DNA of 64,000 nt from Takakia lepidozioides (Eukaryota; Plantae; Bryophyta). The stretch spans positions 43,772,001-43,836,000 of the forward strand of contig CM060733.1 of NCBI GenBank assembly GCA_030704615.1, read 5' to 3'. Below are positions 24,283 through 38,176 of the stretch, piece by piece. The translations under genes were made by a program, and so were the position numbers. The stretch's first letter is position 1. Every line of letters starts with the position of its first letter. Below the pieces are notes generated by a model. It had not been told where the DNA came from, made no database searches, and worked only from the letters and a program-made list of their open reading frames with translations.

Positions 24283-27200
24283 CTACTCTCCTACACCCTC
24301 CGAGGAACTTGCCCCACCTTCTTCCTCATCCCCCTCATCCCCCTCATCCTCCGAGCTCTGTGATGCATCAGTTCCACTATGCCTCTCAAAAATCCCGTCC
24401 TCTCCTTGGGGGACTGTCCACCTCACCTCCTGGGAATCTTCTGCGTCTTCTCCCCCACTTTCCTCAGCAGAATCCAACACAAATCTACGAGCCCGACGGG
24501 CTCTAATAGCTGCTGCCTCCTCCCTCATCTTCATTTTCTTGAGGCTTGCCTCGTCTAAAATCTGCTGTACACGACTACGTTCGGAACACCTCCTAATGGA
24601 CACCGAAGCAAGCCGGGCAGCATAAGTAGGAAGGATGTACTCCCTTTCTGGACTAGGCATGAAATCCCCCCTGGCAAAAAAAAGCACGTTCCTCCTGCCC
24701 ATGAACTCCGGTGTAGACGTCCCTCCGGCAGTACTTGGCATCCTACAGTAAGAACAAATCCACTTGAAGAATGTCAATACCAGCACAACCAGAAAGGGTT
24801 TTCAATGAAATAAGAGAGCGGAGGGAGGTGCCTCACAAAATCTGGAGGCAACTTACAATGCCACCACTCACTCGTAAACCGGGGGCTCCTCGGCCTCGAT
24901 CCCAACTTCCTCCCCCTGCTCCTTCTCGGATTTTTCCTCATCCTCCGAGGATGCCTCTTCCTCTTTCGGCAGACGTTCAGCCGCTGCAAGTTCCGAGTTG
25001 TGGAGGGCAGTATCTGGCTCGAAGGCGAACACATGCCTGTCGGACAACGTCCCTGCCCACATTGAAGCACCTGAGGAACAAAGCGGGCGGTTAATAGCTT
25101 GCGGCATGCAATTGCAATGGGGCCAGGGGACAAACTGAGCACGTGAAGGCTTACCCGTGCCGCATGTGAGGTCCAGAATCCGCCCTTGGACATCCGAGCA
25201 CGTCTCCATGAGGGTTTGGATGAAAGCAGGGCTCCGGGTCCGGCTGTACCGCCACGGTTTGCCTGTCTTTGTGTCCTTCGGCATACTAGAGTGGGGCACA
25301 TAGTTGTAGAGGACATCGTAGGTTACAGGGTCCACAGCGGCATCAACAAGACGACCGTCGTTGCGGAATTTGAACGTAGACCCTCTCTTCACAAAGCAAT
25401 ATGCCTCAAACACCAATGTCTGCACATCCAACAAAGAAGGGATCAATTCCAGGGTCTACTTAACATACACCACAATATGAAGTGAATGCAATAGATTGAT
25501 AACTTACACTTTGGCCCTCTGTTCGCAACCCCTGCGTACTGATGCAGAACCATTTTCTGAGGAGGACCGGGGTGACACTTTTCGGTGTCCACCTTGCCAC
25601 CGCATTCTCTGTGGTCTTCCCTCTCGTGGCAAGGACAACCACACATCCACCGTCATCCAGAAGCATCCCCGCCAGCCCAAACCCGGCTTTCCAGTAGTCC
25701 TCAGTAAACCTGTTCCAGGTGGGCACACCATCCAGGCCCTCCAGCAGCTCCCCATCTGGAATGTCGAGGAGAATCATGTCGCAAGCTCTCTCCACCTCAA
25801 CCCCCCCCCCCCCGAGTGCTCTTGCAATTCGTGCTCACAGCCGTGAAGAATTCCATCATGGCTTCAAAACCAGGGGTGTCTTTAGGCTCTGTACCGGCAG
25901 CCCTCTTCTTGGCTTTCCCCTTCTGCTCCGCCAGAGACTTGTTGTGTGCCACCTTCTTCGCCCTGGCAGCGAGAGCGTCAAGGAAGCTCTCATTGACGCA
26001 TTGGATGATGGTTGGAGGTTCTAGCTTTGGCCTGTGCGTAAACGTCACCGCCGAATACCGCCGTGTAGGCTCGCCCTCAAATGCCAACTTCTTGGCAGAG
26101 CCAGTCCCACTCCGAACTGACTTGGGAACCCGGACGACCGGTGACTGGGTAGGAGCAACAGCAGTCGCAGGACCTTGAACAAAATCGGTGTCGGAGTCAC
26201 TCTCTTGGGTCCCCTCCTGCGCCTCCTCCGATGCCCCGATGGTTTTCTTCTTTTTGGGTGTTACTGCAGTCACCTGTTTCCTTGTCCTTTTCCTTTGACC
26301 TTTACTCTTCTCATGCAATTTCTCCTGAATTCCTGCCTGAGCAAGCTCTGCCGCTTTCCTGGAGTTCGCAAGCGCTTTTGCCTCTTTTGCACCCAACGGA
26401 GGCAGCGGAGCCCGGTTTCGTCGGAATTCAGCATCCAGCTTCAATTGAAACTCGGATGGGTCGAGCGAGCCGGGCGGAAGGTCCACATACCAAGGGCAAT
26501 CACGCAAATGTTCCAGATGCCACTCCTTCACAATATCGTCAGTGTACATGGAGTCAGCCCCAGGGTTCCTCCATGCCAGGAAGAATGGTGGCTCGAAAGA
26601 CAGATGACCTTTCTCCAAAAGGGAGAACTTACAGTACCTGCATTCATGAAAAACACAATGAGGTCCGAAAATGGCTAAGTCCCTGAACGGCAATAGGGCC
26701 TACAACTGGAATATGGCGCCGAATTTCCACTTCAGGGCCACCCAGTCTAGGGACTTAGCCCGAAAATGGCTAAGTCCCTGAACGGCAATACGGCCTGGAA
26801 CTGGAAAACGGTGCCGAATTTCCAGTTCAGAGCCAGCCAGTCTAGGGACTTAGCCCGAAAATGGCTAAGTCCCTGGACGGCAATAGGGCCTAGAACTGGA
26901 AAACGGCGCCGAATTTCCAGTTCCGGGCCAGCCACCCTAGGGACTTAGCCCGAAAATGGCTAAGTCCCTGGACGGCAATAGGGCCTAGAATTGGAAAACG
27001 GCGCCGAATTTCCAGTTCCGGGCCAGCCACACTAGGGACTTAGCCCGAAAATGGCTAAGTCCCTGGACGGCAATAGGGCCTAGAACTGGAAAACGCGCCG
27101 AATTTCCAGTTCCGGGCCAGCCACACTAGGGACTTAGGCCGAAAATGGCTAAGTCCCTGAACGGCAATAGGGCCTAAAACTGGAATATGGCGCCGAATTT

Positions 27201-30040
27201 CCACTTCAAGGCCAGCCAGTCTAGGGACTTAGGCCGAAAATGGCTAAGTCCCTGAACGGCAATAGGGCCTGGAACTGGAAAATGGCGCCGAATTTCCAGT
27301 TCCGGGCCAGCCAGTCTAGGGACTTAGCCATTTTCGGAGCCCTGACTGGAAATTCGGCGCCATTTTCCCTAACACCACTTGAGGCCTCTAACATCCTGAA
27401 ATGCCAGGACTTGAAAGAAAGGCAGCGCGTATGTACCTGTACAGAAGGCGCATTGCTGCTTTGTCCGCGTTCGGCTGGTCGGTGAACTCGTGGCTCCGGC
27501 GAGCATCTGCTATCTCCCGAAAGAATAGGTTGGTTTTGTAGAGCAGAAAGTACCTCGTCACATAGTCACGTAGGCTCTCTGCTGCAGGAGATATCTCCAT
27601 CTTGAACTGATGTGCTTGTGTGTCCAGCTGCTCTTGCGCATTCGTCGTCACCTGTGGAGATTGTCCATCAGATCGCTTTCCTCAAAAAATACAATGAATC
27701 CACCCCCTACTAGAGTAGAAGCCCCAAACGAAGCGTGGGGAAGTACCTGAAACCACCATGTCATGCGGTTCATCCACATGTCGAATGTGGGGTCAGAGAG
27801 TTTGTCCGGTTTGGGGAAGCTCCACATGTCCCTGGTACTTTGGGAACCATTCCAGATTTGGAGCCACCGGGTCTGTCCAACCACCCAGCATATTCGTAAG
27901 CGCCAAACACCACAAAAAGGAGTTGTTGCCACCACAATTTTGTTAAGAATGTATCACCTTTTCTGTTGCATCCACACAGGATGTGGCTAGACGATGGAGC
28001 TTCTCCAATGTCATCGTGGGCTTCAGAGCGCGAGAGTAGTGCTTCCCCACCTCCACCAGAAAGTCGGCACCAAGGGCGGGATCAGCTATGGCCACGTACT
28101 TTACCATCCGCGACTTGTACTTTATGCGGGCCCTCACCTCCGCAGCTTTGACATACGATTCGAGTTCCGGGAGGGTTGGATTCTTCTCCTCTGACTCCAT
28201 GTAGAACCTCCGCGCATGTGCCAAATCCTGCTGTATTTTCGTCTGTCAAGAATGCGCACATAAGATTAGAGATCCCGCTCAACACAATTTCTTCTATTGG
28301 GGGAGGAGAGACAGATTAGCTCAACAAAACTGTCAGGAGCTTTACCCGAAATATGTAGTCCACCATGGCGTCGACGCTCAGCCTATACCAGGTTCTGTCT
28401 GCCTTTGCCTCCGACTTGCGCAGGAGGTCGGCACTGAGGGAATTGGCAAACTCTTGCACCCCCTGCTTCCCGACATCCTTCACTCGGAAGAGCATATGGG
28501 ACAAGTTGGTGGCAATGAAGGCATTCTCAGTCACCCTGCAGTGCCACATTTCCATCAAACAATACTGAAATGGGAATTTTCATCATATATGAGGATTCGC
28601 AATGAAATGACTTCCAAATTCAAAGTCCAAAAGCGAGAGGGGTTGTAGCTTACGAGTTGATGTCGGCCATTGCAGCTTTGAGAAGACTGCGATCTTTGGG
28701 CCCTGCAACCTTCAGCACAACACAATCGACGGCGAAATGCCAATCGAGATCGTTGGGGTGGGCTTGGGCAATGTGCTCCATCCATGCCAGGAGGCGATGA
28801 TTGCCGTCCCACACGTAGAACATCTTACCGGACATGTGCTGGAAAAGAGGATCACTAGCAATCGATCTCTCGAACTCCTCATTTCGCGTTTGCCAATGGG
28901 GACCCCATTTGTCCACCTCATCGGAAGTGTGGGCACGGGAAGCTCCGTGGTCGTTCTCAATGGAAACGTAAAAGGCGGCAGACCCCATTCGATATCCATC
29001 CCGGAAAGAGAATTTCAGCTTGTCGATATCGCCTGGGAGGGCAGGTCTCACCACCTGCAATGACACCAAGCGGCAAAGGGGAATTCGAAGCTTGGCCGGG
29101 TACACCATGCCCCCCAGCACCCTGCCAATGTTGCTGTGGGTTGCCTCCAACATCTTGGCAGCGGCCAACTTCATATCCGCCTCAGACATGACGTCTGCTG
29201 CAGAGGGGTTTTCCGGCAGCCCACCAGGACCGCCAAATCCAGCCTGTATGCTCCGGGTTTGGGGCCTGGGGATGTCCGGGAGGATGTCATCCTGGTCAGA
29301 AACCTCCATGTCGTCCTCCTCAACAGGGTCAGCCACCTGCGAAACCACCTCCAGCACTCTCGTCGTCTCTACTGCCCTCTCCCTGGCTTCACCTCGAACT
29401 TGCACAATCCGTGCTCTTTCAGGTGTTCTTTCCTCTCCTCCACTCTCCACCGTATGGGTAATTGCGGGGCTGCTCTTGCCCGCGATGGTCTAACCGGTGT
29501 GCTACTGCCTCTCTGTGGTGTCTTGTAGGGATCCACCGTCTCTGTGGGTCCCTCGCTTACATTGGCATCTGTCATTTGGGCACCCCTGGCCTCTTCAGCT
29601 GCCTTTTGTCTTTCCTCCTGGCTAGCATTCTGTCTCGTCTGTTCTTTTGCCCTCTCTTTTGCCCTCTCACGGGCTTTCTGTTTCTTACTAGGGCTAGCAG
29701 CAGGGGAGCCCTCCAGGACGACCACCTTTGATTGAGGCGAACTGACACCCTCGCGCGCACTGCTCACTCCCCCCTCCGCAACCCGTGACTGCTCTCTCGC
29801 CGGGGATTGCATGTGCTTAGCTTTCTTCTTTTTCTTTGCGTGGGCGGGCCCTACTGCATGTGCATGAACAACCTCCATTGCCGGATCTGCTGTCCTCATG
29901 TCCTCACGCCCTTCACCTGCCATGCCGCCTGCACCAACCTCCCCAATGCCTACTCTGTCGTAATCTCGTTGCAAGTCCTCCCGTCCACCAACAAAAGGTT
30001 TAAGTTTGCCCTCTCGCCCCAAGTTGGGCGATTCAAACAT
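24283..30040 (-). CDS. Multi-exon ParB/Srx-like domain + beta-class N4C/N6A DNA methyltransferase-like fusion (copy 1; homopolymer frameshifts)
   Basis: VWDGNHRLLAW (~28800). GT-AG introns with consistent phase (28536-28653, 26638-27436). DMILLDIPDG (~25753-25781), LLDDGGCVVVL, RSPAFIQTLMETCSDVQGRILDLTCGTG|ASMWAG...RHVFAFEPD. Confidence 0.82.
26666..27370. repeat. 7 x 95-bp hairpin-forming tandem array in an intron of the ParB-MTase gene
   Basis: Units start at 26666, 26761, 26856, 26951, 27046, 27140 and 27235. Each has ggctaagtccct/agggacttagcc arms and a GGCGCCGAATTTCC core. Confidence 0.95.
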
Positions 30041-30859
30041 GCGATGAGTTGGAGCTGTCGATGATACCACCAGCGTGCCGGGCTCGTCGTCACTCTGTCA
30101 TTGACAAAAATCGTGAAAACCAACATCGGTGCAAAAAGCAGCATCGCAACGAGCAGCGCAACCACCATAGCAACAATCATGTAGCAAAAATGAAAACATA
30201 ACAAGTTTAGGAAGTATGGAGAGCCATGCAACAACAATGAAAACAAATGCAACCATTGCCTAAGAATGACATGCACAAGCAGCCTTCTCCAGAGCTGCCG
30301 GATTTGCACACGCATTGCAAACAATCTAAGGTTCACTCAACTATCTAAAGTTCACTCATACAGCAAAGCCAGGATGAAGATGCAAAAACAAAGCGAGGTA
30401 ACAAAGCGAAAGCAAAAAAAGAAATCGAACAAACCGAAAGCAGAAGTGGCTTGCCTGAGAGTACTCGGCTTCAGTTGGCGCAGGTTGTGAGCAAGACACT
30501 GGAATCTCCTGCTGGAGCTTCAGTTTGGCCATGCGAGAGATTGGCCGTCGTCCGTAGTACAGAGCTTTCAACTTCCGCCGCGGTCTGGATGTGAGGTCTC
30601 TCTCAGGAGAGCCACGCCCTTCAGGCGGCATAAGTCCCAGCCAAAAAGATCTCCTTTTTTGGGGTACATGCCTGGAATACCATGTTAAGCCAAGTTTAGC
30701 ATGAGATTTAGGGTACGTGCCCAGGAAGCCATGCGTCGCCAGCCCGAATAATAACCGACGGCCGTCGACATTTATTGCCCAACTGCGCAATTAAATGTCA
30801 GATGAAGCCCTCCATGTCGGATGAAAATCGACGTAAACAGTCCCGGAATTTCCAACGTA

Positions 30860-31354
30860 GAGGTAATTCGGAGCGCTGCACGATGGAATTCCGGCGCCGG
30901 ATTTCCATCCTGCAGGTAATTCGGAGCGCAGCAGGATGGATATCTGGCGCCGAATTTCCATCCGCGGAGGAAGGGCGGCGCTGGAAATTTCCCTCACGCA
31001 GGTAATTCGGAAGCGCTCGGATGGAAATCCAGCGCCGAATTTCCATCCGCGGAGATAGGGCGGCGCGCCGAATTTCCCTCACGCAGGTAATTCGGAAGCG
31101 CGCGGATGGAAATCCGGCGCCGAAATTCCATCCGCGGAGGTAGGGCGGCGGTGGAAATTCCCTCACGCAGATAATTCGGAAGCGCGCGGATGGAAATCCG
31201 GCGCCGAATTTCCATCCGCGGAGGAAGGGCGGCGCTGGAAATTTCCTCACGCAGGTAATTCGGAAGCGCGCGGATGGAAATCCGGCGCCGAATTTCCATC
31301 CGCGGAGGAAGGGCGGCGCTGGAAATTTCCCTCACGCAGGTAATTCGGAAGCGC
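30860..31354. repeat. ~85-bp tandem array upstream of the ParB-MTase gene
   Basis: ggtaattcggaagcgcgcggatggaaatccGGCGCCGAATTTCCatcc units at ~31001, 31086, 31170, 31254 and 31339. Confidence 0.93.
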
Positions 31355-31854
31355 NNNNNNNNNNNNNNNNNNNNNNNNNNNNNNNNNNNNNNNNNNNNNN
31401 NNNNNNNNNNNNNNNNNNNNNNNNNNNNNNNNNNNNNNNNNNNNNNNNNNNNNNNNNNNNNNNNNNNNNNNNNNNNNNNNNNNNNNNNNNNNNNNNNNNN
31501 NNNNNNNNNNNNNNNNNNNNNNNNNNNNNNNNNNNNNNNNNNNNNNNNNNNNNNNNNNNNNNNNNNNNNNNNNNNNNNNNNNNNNNNNNNNNNNNNNNNN
31601 NNNNNNNNNNNNNNNNNNNNNNNNNNNNNNNNNNNNNNNNNNNNNNNNNNNNNNNNNNNNNNNNNNNNNNNNNNNNNNNNNNNNNNNNNNNNNNNNNNNN
31701 NNNNNNNNNNNNNNNNNNNNNNNNNNNNNNNNNNNNNNNNNNNNNNNNNNNNNNNNNNNNNNNNNNNNNNNNNNNNNNNNNNNNNNNNNNNNNNNNNNNN
31801 NNNNNNNNNNNNNNNNNNNNNNNNNNNNNNNNNNNNNNNNNNNNNNNNNNNNNN
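31355..31854. other. Assembly gap (500 N)
   Basis: Run of n; falls inside a tandem array. Confidence 1.
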
Positions 31855-32051
31855 CAACCTCTTGGTGGGTCGCACCTATTTTTTAAAACAATTGTTGTGA
31901 ACACCAGTAGCGGTCGTCGCAACTGTTAAAATAAAAGAAAAATGTGCGACCACCCCCCTACTGGTAGGCGCACCTATTTCTGGATTTCTGACCCTTGCTG
32001 GTGTGGTGGTCGCAGAATTTTTTATTTTTTATTTTTATTTTTTGGGAAACA
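31855..32051. repeat. GC hairpin repeats (tgcgaccaccccctgctggtggtcgca) with A/T-rich spacers; left flank of MULE copy 2
   Basis: Same repeat family as 45660-46095. Confidence 0.8.
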
Positions 32052-32278
32052 TCTGGGAGGGGGCTGCTATTTCATGAGCGCATGAGCATGAGCGGACAAA
32101 AAAAAAAAGCATGAGCAGACCATTGTGAGTCCACGGAAATAGGGTTAGGAGGCATGGAAATAGGGTCATGTGAAGTTGGAAGTGGCACCAGTGGACTTGA
32201 ATGCAACATTTTATTGCAAATTTTGTGGCAAGCCACGTCTATACAAGTGTGTTCTAACTGTCATAGCCAGAATGGGCA

Positions 32279-35200
32279 CTACTCTCCTACACCCTCCGAG
32301 GAACTTGCCCCACCTTTTCCTCATTCCCCCTCGTCCTCGGAGCTCTGTGATGCATCAGTTCCACTATGCCTCTCAAAATCCCGTCCTCTCCTTGGGGGAC
32401 TGTCCACCTCACCTCCTGGGAATCTTCTGCGTCTTCTCCCCCACTTTCCTCAGCAGAATCCAACACAAATCTACGAGCCCGACGGGCTCTAATAGCTGCT
32501 GCCTCCTCCCTCATCTTCATTTTCTTGAGGCTTGCCTCGTCTAAAATCTGCTGTACACGACTACGTTCGGAACACCTCCTAATGGACACCGAAGCAAGCC
32601 GGGCAGCATAAGTAGGAAGGATGTACTCCCTTTCTGGACTAGGCATGAAATCCCCCCTGGCAAAAAAAGCACGTTCCTCCTGCCCATGAACTCCGTGTAG
32701 ACGTCCCTCCGGCAGTACTTGGCATCCTACAGTAAGAACAAATCCACTTCAAGAATGTCAATACCAGCACAACCAGAAAGGGTTTTCAATGAAATAAGAG
32801 AGCGGAGGGAGGTGCCTCACAAAATCTGGAGGCAACTTACAATGCCACCACTCACTCGTAAACCGGGGGCTCCTCGGCCTCGATCCCAACTTCCTCCCCC
32901 TGCTCCTTCTCGGATTTTTCCTCATCCTCCGAGGATGCCTCTTCTCTTTCGGCAGACGTTCAGCCGCTGCAAGTTCCGAGTTGTGGAGGGCAGTATCTGG
33001 CTCGAAGGCGAACACATGCCTGTCGGACAACGTCCCTGCCCACATTGAAGCACCTGAGGAACAAAGCGGGCGGTTAATAGCTTGCGGCATGCAATTGCAA
33101 TCGGGCCAGGGGACAAACTGAGCACGTGAAGGCTTACCCGTGCCGCATGTGAGGTCCAGAATCCGCCCTTGGACATCCGAGCACGTCTCCATGAGGGTTT
33201 GGATGAAAGCAGGGCTCCGGGTCCGGCTGTACCGCCACGGTTTGCCTGTCTTTGTGTCCTTCGGCATACTAGAGTGGGGCACATAGTTGTAGAGGACATC
33301 GTAGGTTACAGGGTCCACAGCGGCATCAACAAGACGACCGTCGTTGCGGAATTTGAACGTAGACCCTCTCTTCACAAAGCAATATGCCTCAAACACCAAT
33401 GTCTGCACATCCAACAAAGAAGGGATCAATTCCAGGGTCTACTTAACATACACCACAATATGAAGTGAATGCAATAGATTGATAACTTACACTTTGGCCC
33501 TCTGTTCGCAACCCCTGCGTACTGATGCAGAACCATTTTCTGAGGAGGACCGGGGTGACACTTTTCGGTGTCCACCTTGCCACCGCATTCTCTGTGGTCT
33601 TCCCTCTCGTGGCAAGGACAACCACACATCCACCGTCATCCAGAAGCATCCCCGCCAGCCCAAACCCGGCTTTCCAGTAGTCCTCAGTAAACCTGTTCCA
33701 GGTGGGCACACCATCCAGGCCCTCCAGCAGCTCCCCATCTGGAATGTCGAGGAGAATCATGTCGCAAGCTCTCTCCACCTCACCCCCCCCCCGAGTGCTC
33801 TTGCAATTCGTGCTCACAGCCGTGAAGAATTCCATCATGGCTTCAAAACCAGGGGTGTCTTTAGGCTCTGTACCGCCAGCCCTCTTCTTGGCTTTCCCCT
33901 TCTGCTCCGCCAGAGACTTGTTGTGTGCCACCTTCTTCGCCCTGGCAGCGAGAGCGTCAAGGAAGCTCTCATTGACGCATTGGGATGATGGTTGGAGGTT
34001 CTAGCTTTGGCCTGTGCGTAAACGTCACCGCCGAATACCGCCGTGTAGGCTCGCCCTCAAATGCCAACTTCTTGGCAGAGCCAGTCCCACTCCGAACTGA
34101 CTTGGGAACCCGGACGACCGGTGACTGGGTAGGAGCAACAGCAGTCGCAGGACCTTGAACAAAGTCGTCGTCCGAGTCACTCTCTTGGGTCCCCTCCTGC
34201 GCCTCCTCCGATGCCCCGATGGTTTTCTTCTTTTTGGGTGTTACTGCACTCACCTGTTTCCTTGTCCTTTTCCTTGGACCTTTACTCTTCTCATGCAATT
34301 TCTCCTGAATTCCTGCCTGAGCAAGCTCTGCCGCTTTCCTGGAGTTCGCAAGCGCTTTTGCCTCTTTTGCACCCAACGGAGGCAGCGGAGCCCGGTTTCG
34401 TCGGAATTCAGCATCCAGCTTCAATTGAAACTCGGATGGGTCGAGCGAGCCGGGCGGAAGGTCCACATACCAAGGGCAATCACGCAAATGTTCCAGATGC
34501 CACTCCTTCACAATATCGTCAGTGTACATGGAGTCAGCCCCAGGGTTCCTCCATGCCAGGAAGAATGGTGGCTCGAAAGACAGATGACCTTTCTCCAAAA
34601 GGGAGAACTTGCAGTACCTGCATTCATGAAAAACACAATGAGGTCCCTGAAATGCATATTCGGCACCATTTTCCCAGGTTGGGGCGGATGTGAGTGGCCT
34701 AGAAATGGAAAAATGGCGCCGAATTTCGGTTTTCGGTGACTGCCACCCTAGGGACTTAGCCATCTTGGGAGCCCTGAACTGGAAATCGCGCCATTTTTCC
34801 CGGTTTGGCCCGAAGATGGCTAAGTCCCAGAACCGCAATAGGGCCTAGAACTGGAAAAATGGCGCCGAATTTCCAGTTCAGGGCCAGCCACCCTAGGGAC
34901 TTAGCCCGAAAATGGCTAAGTCCCTGAACGGCAATAGGGCTAGAACTGGAAAATGCGCCGAATTTCCATTCGGGCCAGCCACCCTAGGGACTTAGCCCGA
35001 AAATGGCTAAGTCCCTGAACGGCAATAGGGCCTAGAACTGGAAAATGGCGCCGAATTTCCACTTCAGGGCCAGCCAGTCTAGGGACTTAGCCCGAAAATG
35101 GCTAAGTCCCTGAACGGCAATAGGGCCTGGAACTGGAAAATGGCGCCGAATTTCCAGTTCAGGGCCAGCCAGTCTAGGGACTTAGCCCGAAAATGGCTAA

Positions 35201-38176
35201 GTCCCTGGACGGCAATAGGGCTAGAACTGGAAAACGGCGCCGAATTTCCAGTTCCAGGCCAGCCACCCTAGGGACTTAGCCCGAAAATGGCTAAGTCCCT
35301 GAACGGCAATAGGGCCTAGAACTGGAAAACGGCGCCGAATTTCCAGTTCCGGGCCAGCCCCCTAGGGACTTAGCCGAAAATGGCTAAGTCCCTGAACGGC
35401 AATAGGGCCTGGAACTGGAAAATGGCGCCGAATTTCCAGTTCGGGCCAGCCAGTCTAGGGACTTAGCCATTTTCGGAGCCCTGACTGGAAATTCGGCGCC
35501 ATTTTCCCTAACACCACTTGAGGCCTCTAACATCCTGAAATGCCAGGACTTGAAAGAAAGGCAGCGCGTATGTACCTGTACAGAAGGCGCATTGCTGCTT
35601 TGTCCGCGTTCGGCTGGTCGGTGAACTCGTGGCTCCGGCGAGCATCTGCTATCTCCCGAAAGAATAGGTTGGTTTTGTAGAGCAGAAAGTACCTCGTCAC
35701 ATAGTCACGTAGGCTCTCTGCTGCAGGAGATATCTCCATCTTGAACTGATGTGCTTGTGTGTCCAGCTGCTCTTGCGCATTCGTCGTCACCTGTGGAGAT
35801 TCTCCATCAGATCGCTTTCCTCAAAAAATACAATGAATCCACCCCCTACTAGAGTAGAAGCCCCAAACGAAGCGTGGGGAAGTACCTGAAACCACCATGT
35901 CATGCGGTTCATCCACATGTCGAATGTGGGGTCAGAGAGTTTGTCCGGTTTGGGGAAGCTCCACATGTCCCTGGTACTTTGGGAACCATTCCAGATTTGG
36001 AGCCACCGGGTCTGTCCAACCACCCAGCATATTCGTAAGCGCCAAACACCACAAAAGGAGTTGTTGCCACCACAATTTGGTTAAGAATGTATCACCTTTT
36101 CTGTTGCATCCACACAGGATGTGGCTAGACGATGGAGCTTCTCCAATGTCATCGTGGGCTTCAGAGCGCGAGAGTAGTGCTTCCCCACCTCCACCAGAAA
36201 GTCGGCACCAAGGGCGGGATCAGCTATGGCCACGTACTTTACCATCCGCGACTTGTACTTTATGCGGGCCCTCACCTCCGCAGCTTTGACATACGATTCG
36301 AGTTCCGGGAGGGTTGGATTCTTCTCCTCTGACTCCATGTAGAACCTCCGCGCATGTGCCAAATCCTGCTGTATTTTCGTCTGTCAAGAATGCGCACATA
36401 AGATTAGAGATCTTGCTCAACACAATTTCTTCTATTGGGGAGGAGAGACAGATTAGCTCAACAAAACTGTCAGGAGCTTTACCCGAAATATGTAGTCCAC
36501 CATGGCGTCGACGCTCAGCCTATACCAGGTTCTGTCTGCCTTTGCCTCCGACTTGCGCAGGAGGTCGGCACTGAGGGAATTGGCAAACTCTTGCACCCCC
36601 TGCTTCCCGACATCCTTCACTCGGAAGAGCATATGGGACAAGTTGGTGGCAATGAAGGCATTCTCAGTCACCCTGCAGTGCCACATTTCCATCAAACAAT
36701 ACTGAAATGGGAATTTCCATCATATATGAGGATTCGCAATGAAATGACTTCCAAATTCAAAGTCCAAAAGCGAGAGGGGTTGTAGCTTACGAGTTGATGT
36801 CGGCCATTGCAGCTTTGAGAAGACTGCGATCTTTGGGCCCCGCAACCTTCAGCACAACACAATCCACGGCGAAATGCCAATCGAGGTCGTTGGGGTGGGC
36901 TTGGGCAATGTGCTCCATCCATGCCAGGAGGCGATGATTGCCGTCCCACACGTAGAACATCTTACCGGACAAGTGCTGGAAAAGAGGATCACTAGCAATC
37001 GATCTCTCGAACTCCTCATTTCGCGTTTGCCAATGGGGACCCCATTTGTCCACCTCATCGGAAGTGTGGGCACGGGAAGCTCCGTGGTCGTTCTCAATGG
37101 AAACGTAAAACGCGGCAGACCCCATTCGATATCCATCCCGGAAAGAGAATTTCAGCTTGTCGATATCGCCTGGGAGGGCAGGTCTCACCACCTGCAATGA
37201 CACCAAGCGGCAAAGGGGAATTCGAAGCTTGGCCGGGTACACCATGCCCCCAGCACCCTGCCAATGTTGCTGTGGGTTGCCTCCAACATCTTGGCAGCGG
37301 CCAACTTCATATCCGCCTCAGACATGACGTCTGCTGCAGAGGGGTTTTCCGGCAGCCCACCAGGACCGCCAAATCCAGCCTGTATGCTCCGGGTTTGGGG
37401 CCTGGGGATGTCCGGGAGGATGTCATCCTGGTCAGAAAGCTCCCTGTCGTCCTCCTCAACAGGGTCAGCCACCTGCGAAACCACCTCCAGCACTCTCCCC
37501 GTCTCTACTGCCCTCTCCCTGGCTTCACCTCGAACTTGCACAATCCGTGCTCTTTCAGGTGTTCTTTCCTCTCCTCCACTCTCCACCGTATGGGTAATTG
37601 CGGGGGCTGCTCTTGCCCGCGATGGTCTAACCGGTGTGTTACTGCCTCTCTGTGGTGTCTTGGAGGGATCCACCGTCTCTGTGCGTCCCTCGCTTACATG
37701 GCATCTGTCATTTGGGCACCCCTGGCCTCTTCAGCTGGCCTTTTCTCTTTCCTCCTGGCTAGCATTCTGTCTCGTCTGTTCTTTTGCCCTCTCTTTTGCC
37801 CTCTCACGGGCTTTCTGTTTCTTACTAGGGCTAGCAGCAGGGGAGCCCTCCAGGACGACCACCTTTGATTGAGGCGAACTGACACCCTCGCGCGCACTGC
37901 TCACTCCCCCCTCCGCAGCCCGTGACGGCTCTCTCGCCGGGGATTGCATGTGCTTAGCTTTCTTCTTTTCTTTGCGTGGGCGGGCCCTACTGCATGTGCA
38001 TGAACAACCTCCATTGCCGGATCTGCTGTCCTCATGTCCTCACGCCCTTCACCTGCCATGCCGCCTGCACCAACCTCCCCAATGCCTATTCTGTCGTACT
38101 CTCGTTGCAAGTCCTCCCGTCCACCAACAAAAGGTTTAAGTTTGCCCTCTCGCCCCAAGTTGGGCGATTCAAACAT
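32279..38176 (-). CDS. Multi-exon ParB/Srx-like + beta-class amino-DNA-methyltransferase-like fusion (copy 2)
   Basis: DGNHR at ~36931-36945, DIPDG at ~33735-33750, LDLTCGTG at ~33138-33163. Frameshifts fall in different homopolymers from copy 1, so the consensus reads through. Confidence 0.82.
34650..35510. repeat. 95-bp intronic hairpin array (copy 2; ~7 units plus an inverted partial unit)
   Basis: Same unit as 26666-27370. Confidence 0.95.

Larger units (their letters stand above)
24062..31354. mobile_element. MULE family A, copy 1 (left ~7.3 kb; runs into the gap)
   Basis: Starts GGGGGCTGCTATTTCATGAGC at 24062 inside the gypsy RT and is nearly identical to 32059-~39300. Confidence 0.92.

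Noticed and set aside
26640-26670. Deletion in copy 1 removing a splice acceptor
   Set aside because: The acceptor conserved with family B (tgcag|gtac, 26638) is retained; the deletion is intronic.
24062-31354. Copy 1 as a false assembly duplication of copy 2
   Set aside because: Left flanks differ exactly at the TIR, and the copies differ by substitutions and a ~165-bp intronic deletion.
24283-38176. Bacterial or phage contamination as source of the ParB-MTase
   Set aside because: The gene has multiple phase-consistent GT-AG introns and sits inside a TIR/TSD-bounded element nested among plant retrotransposons.
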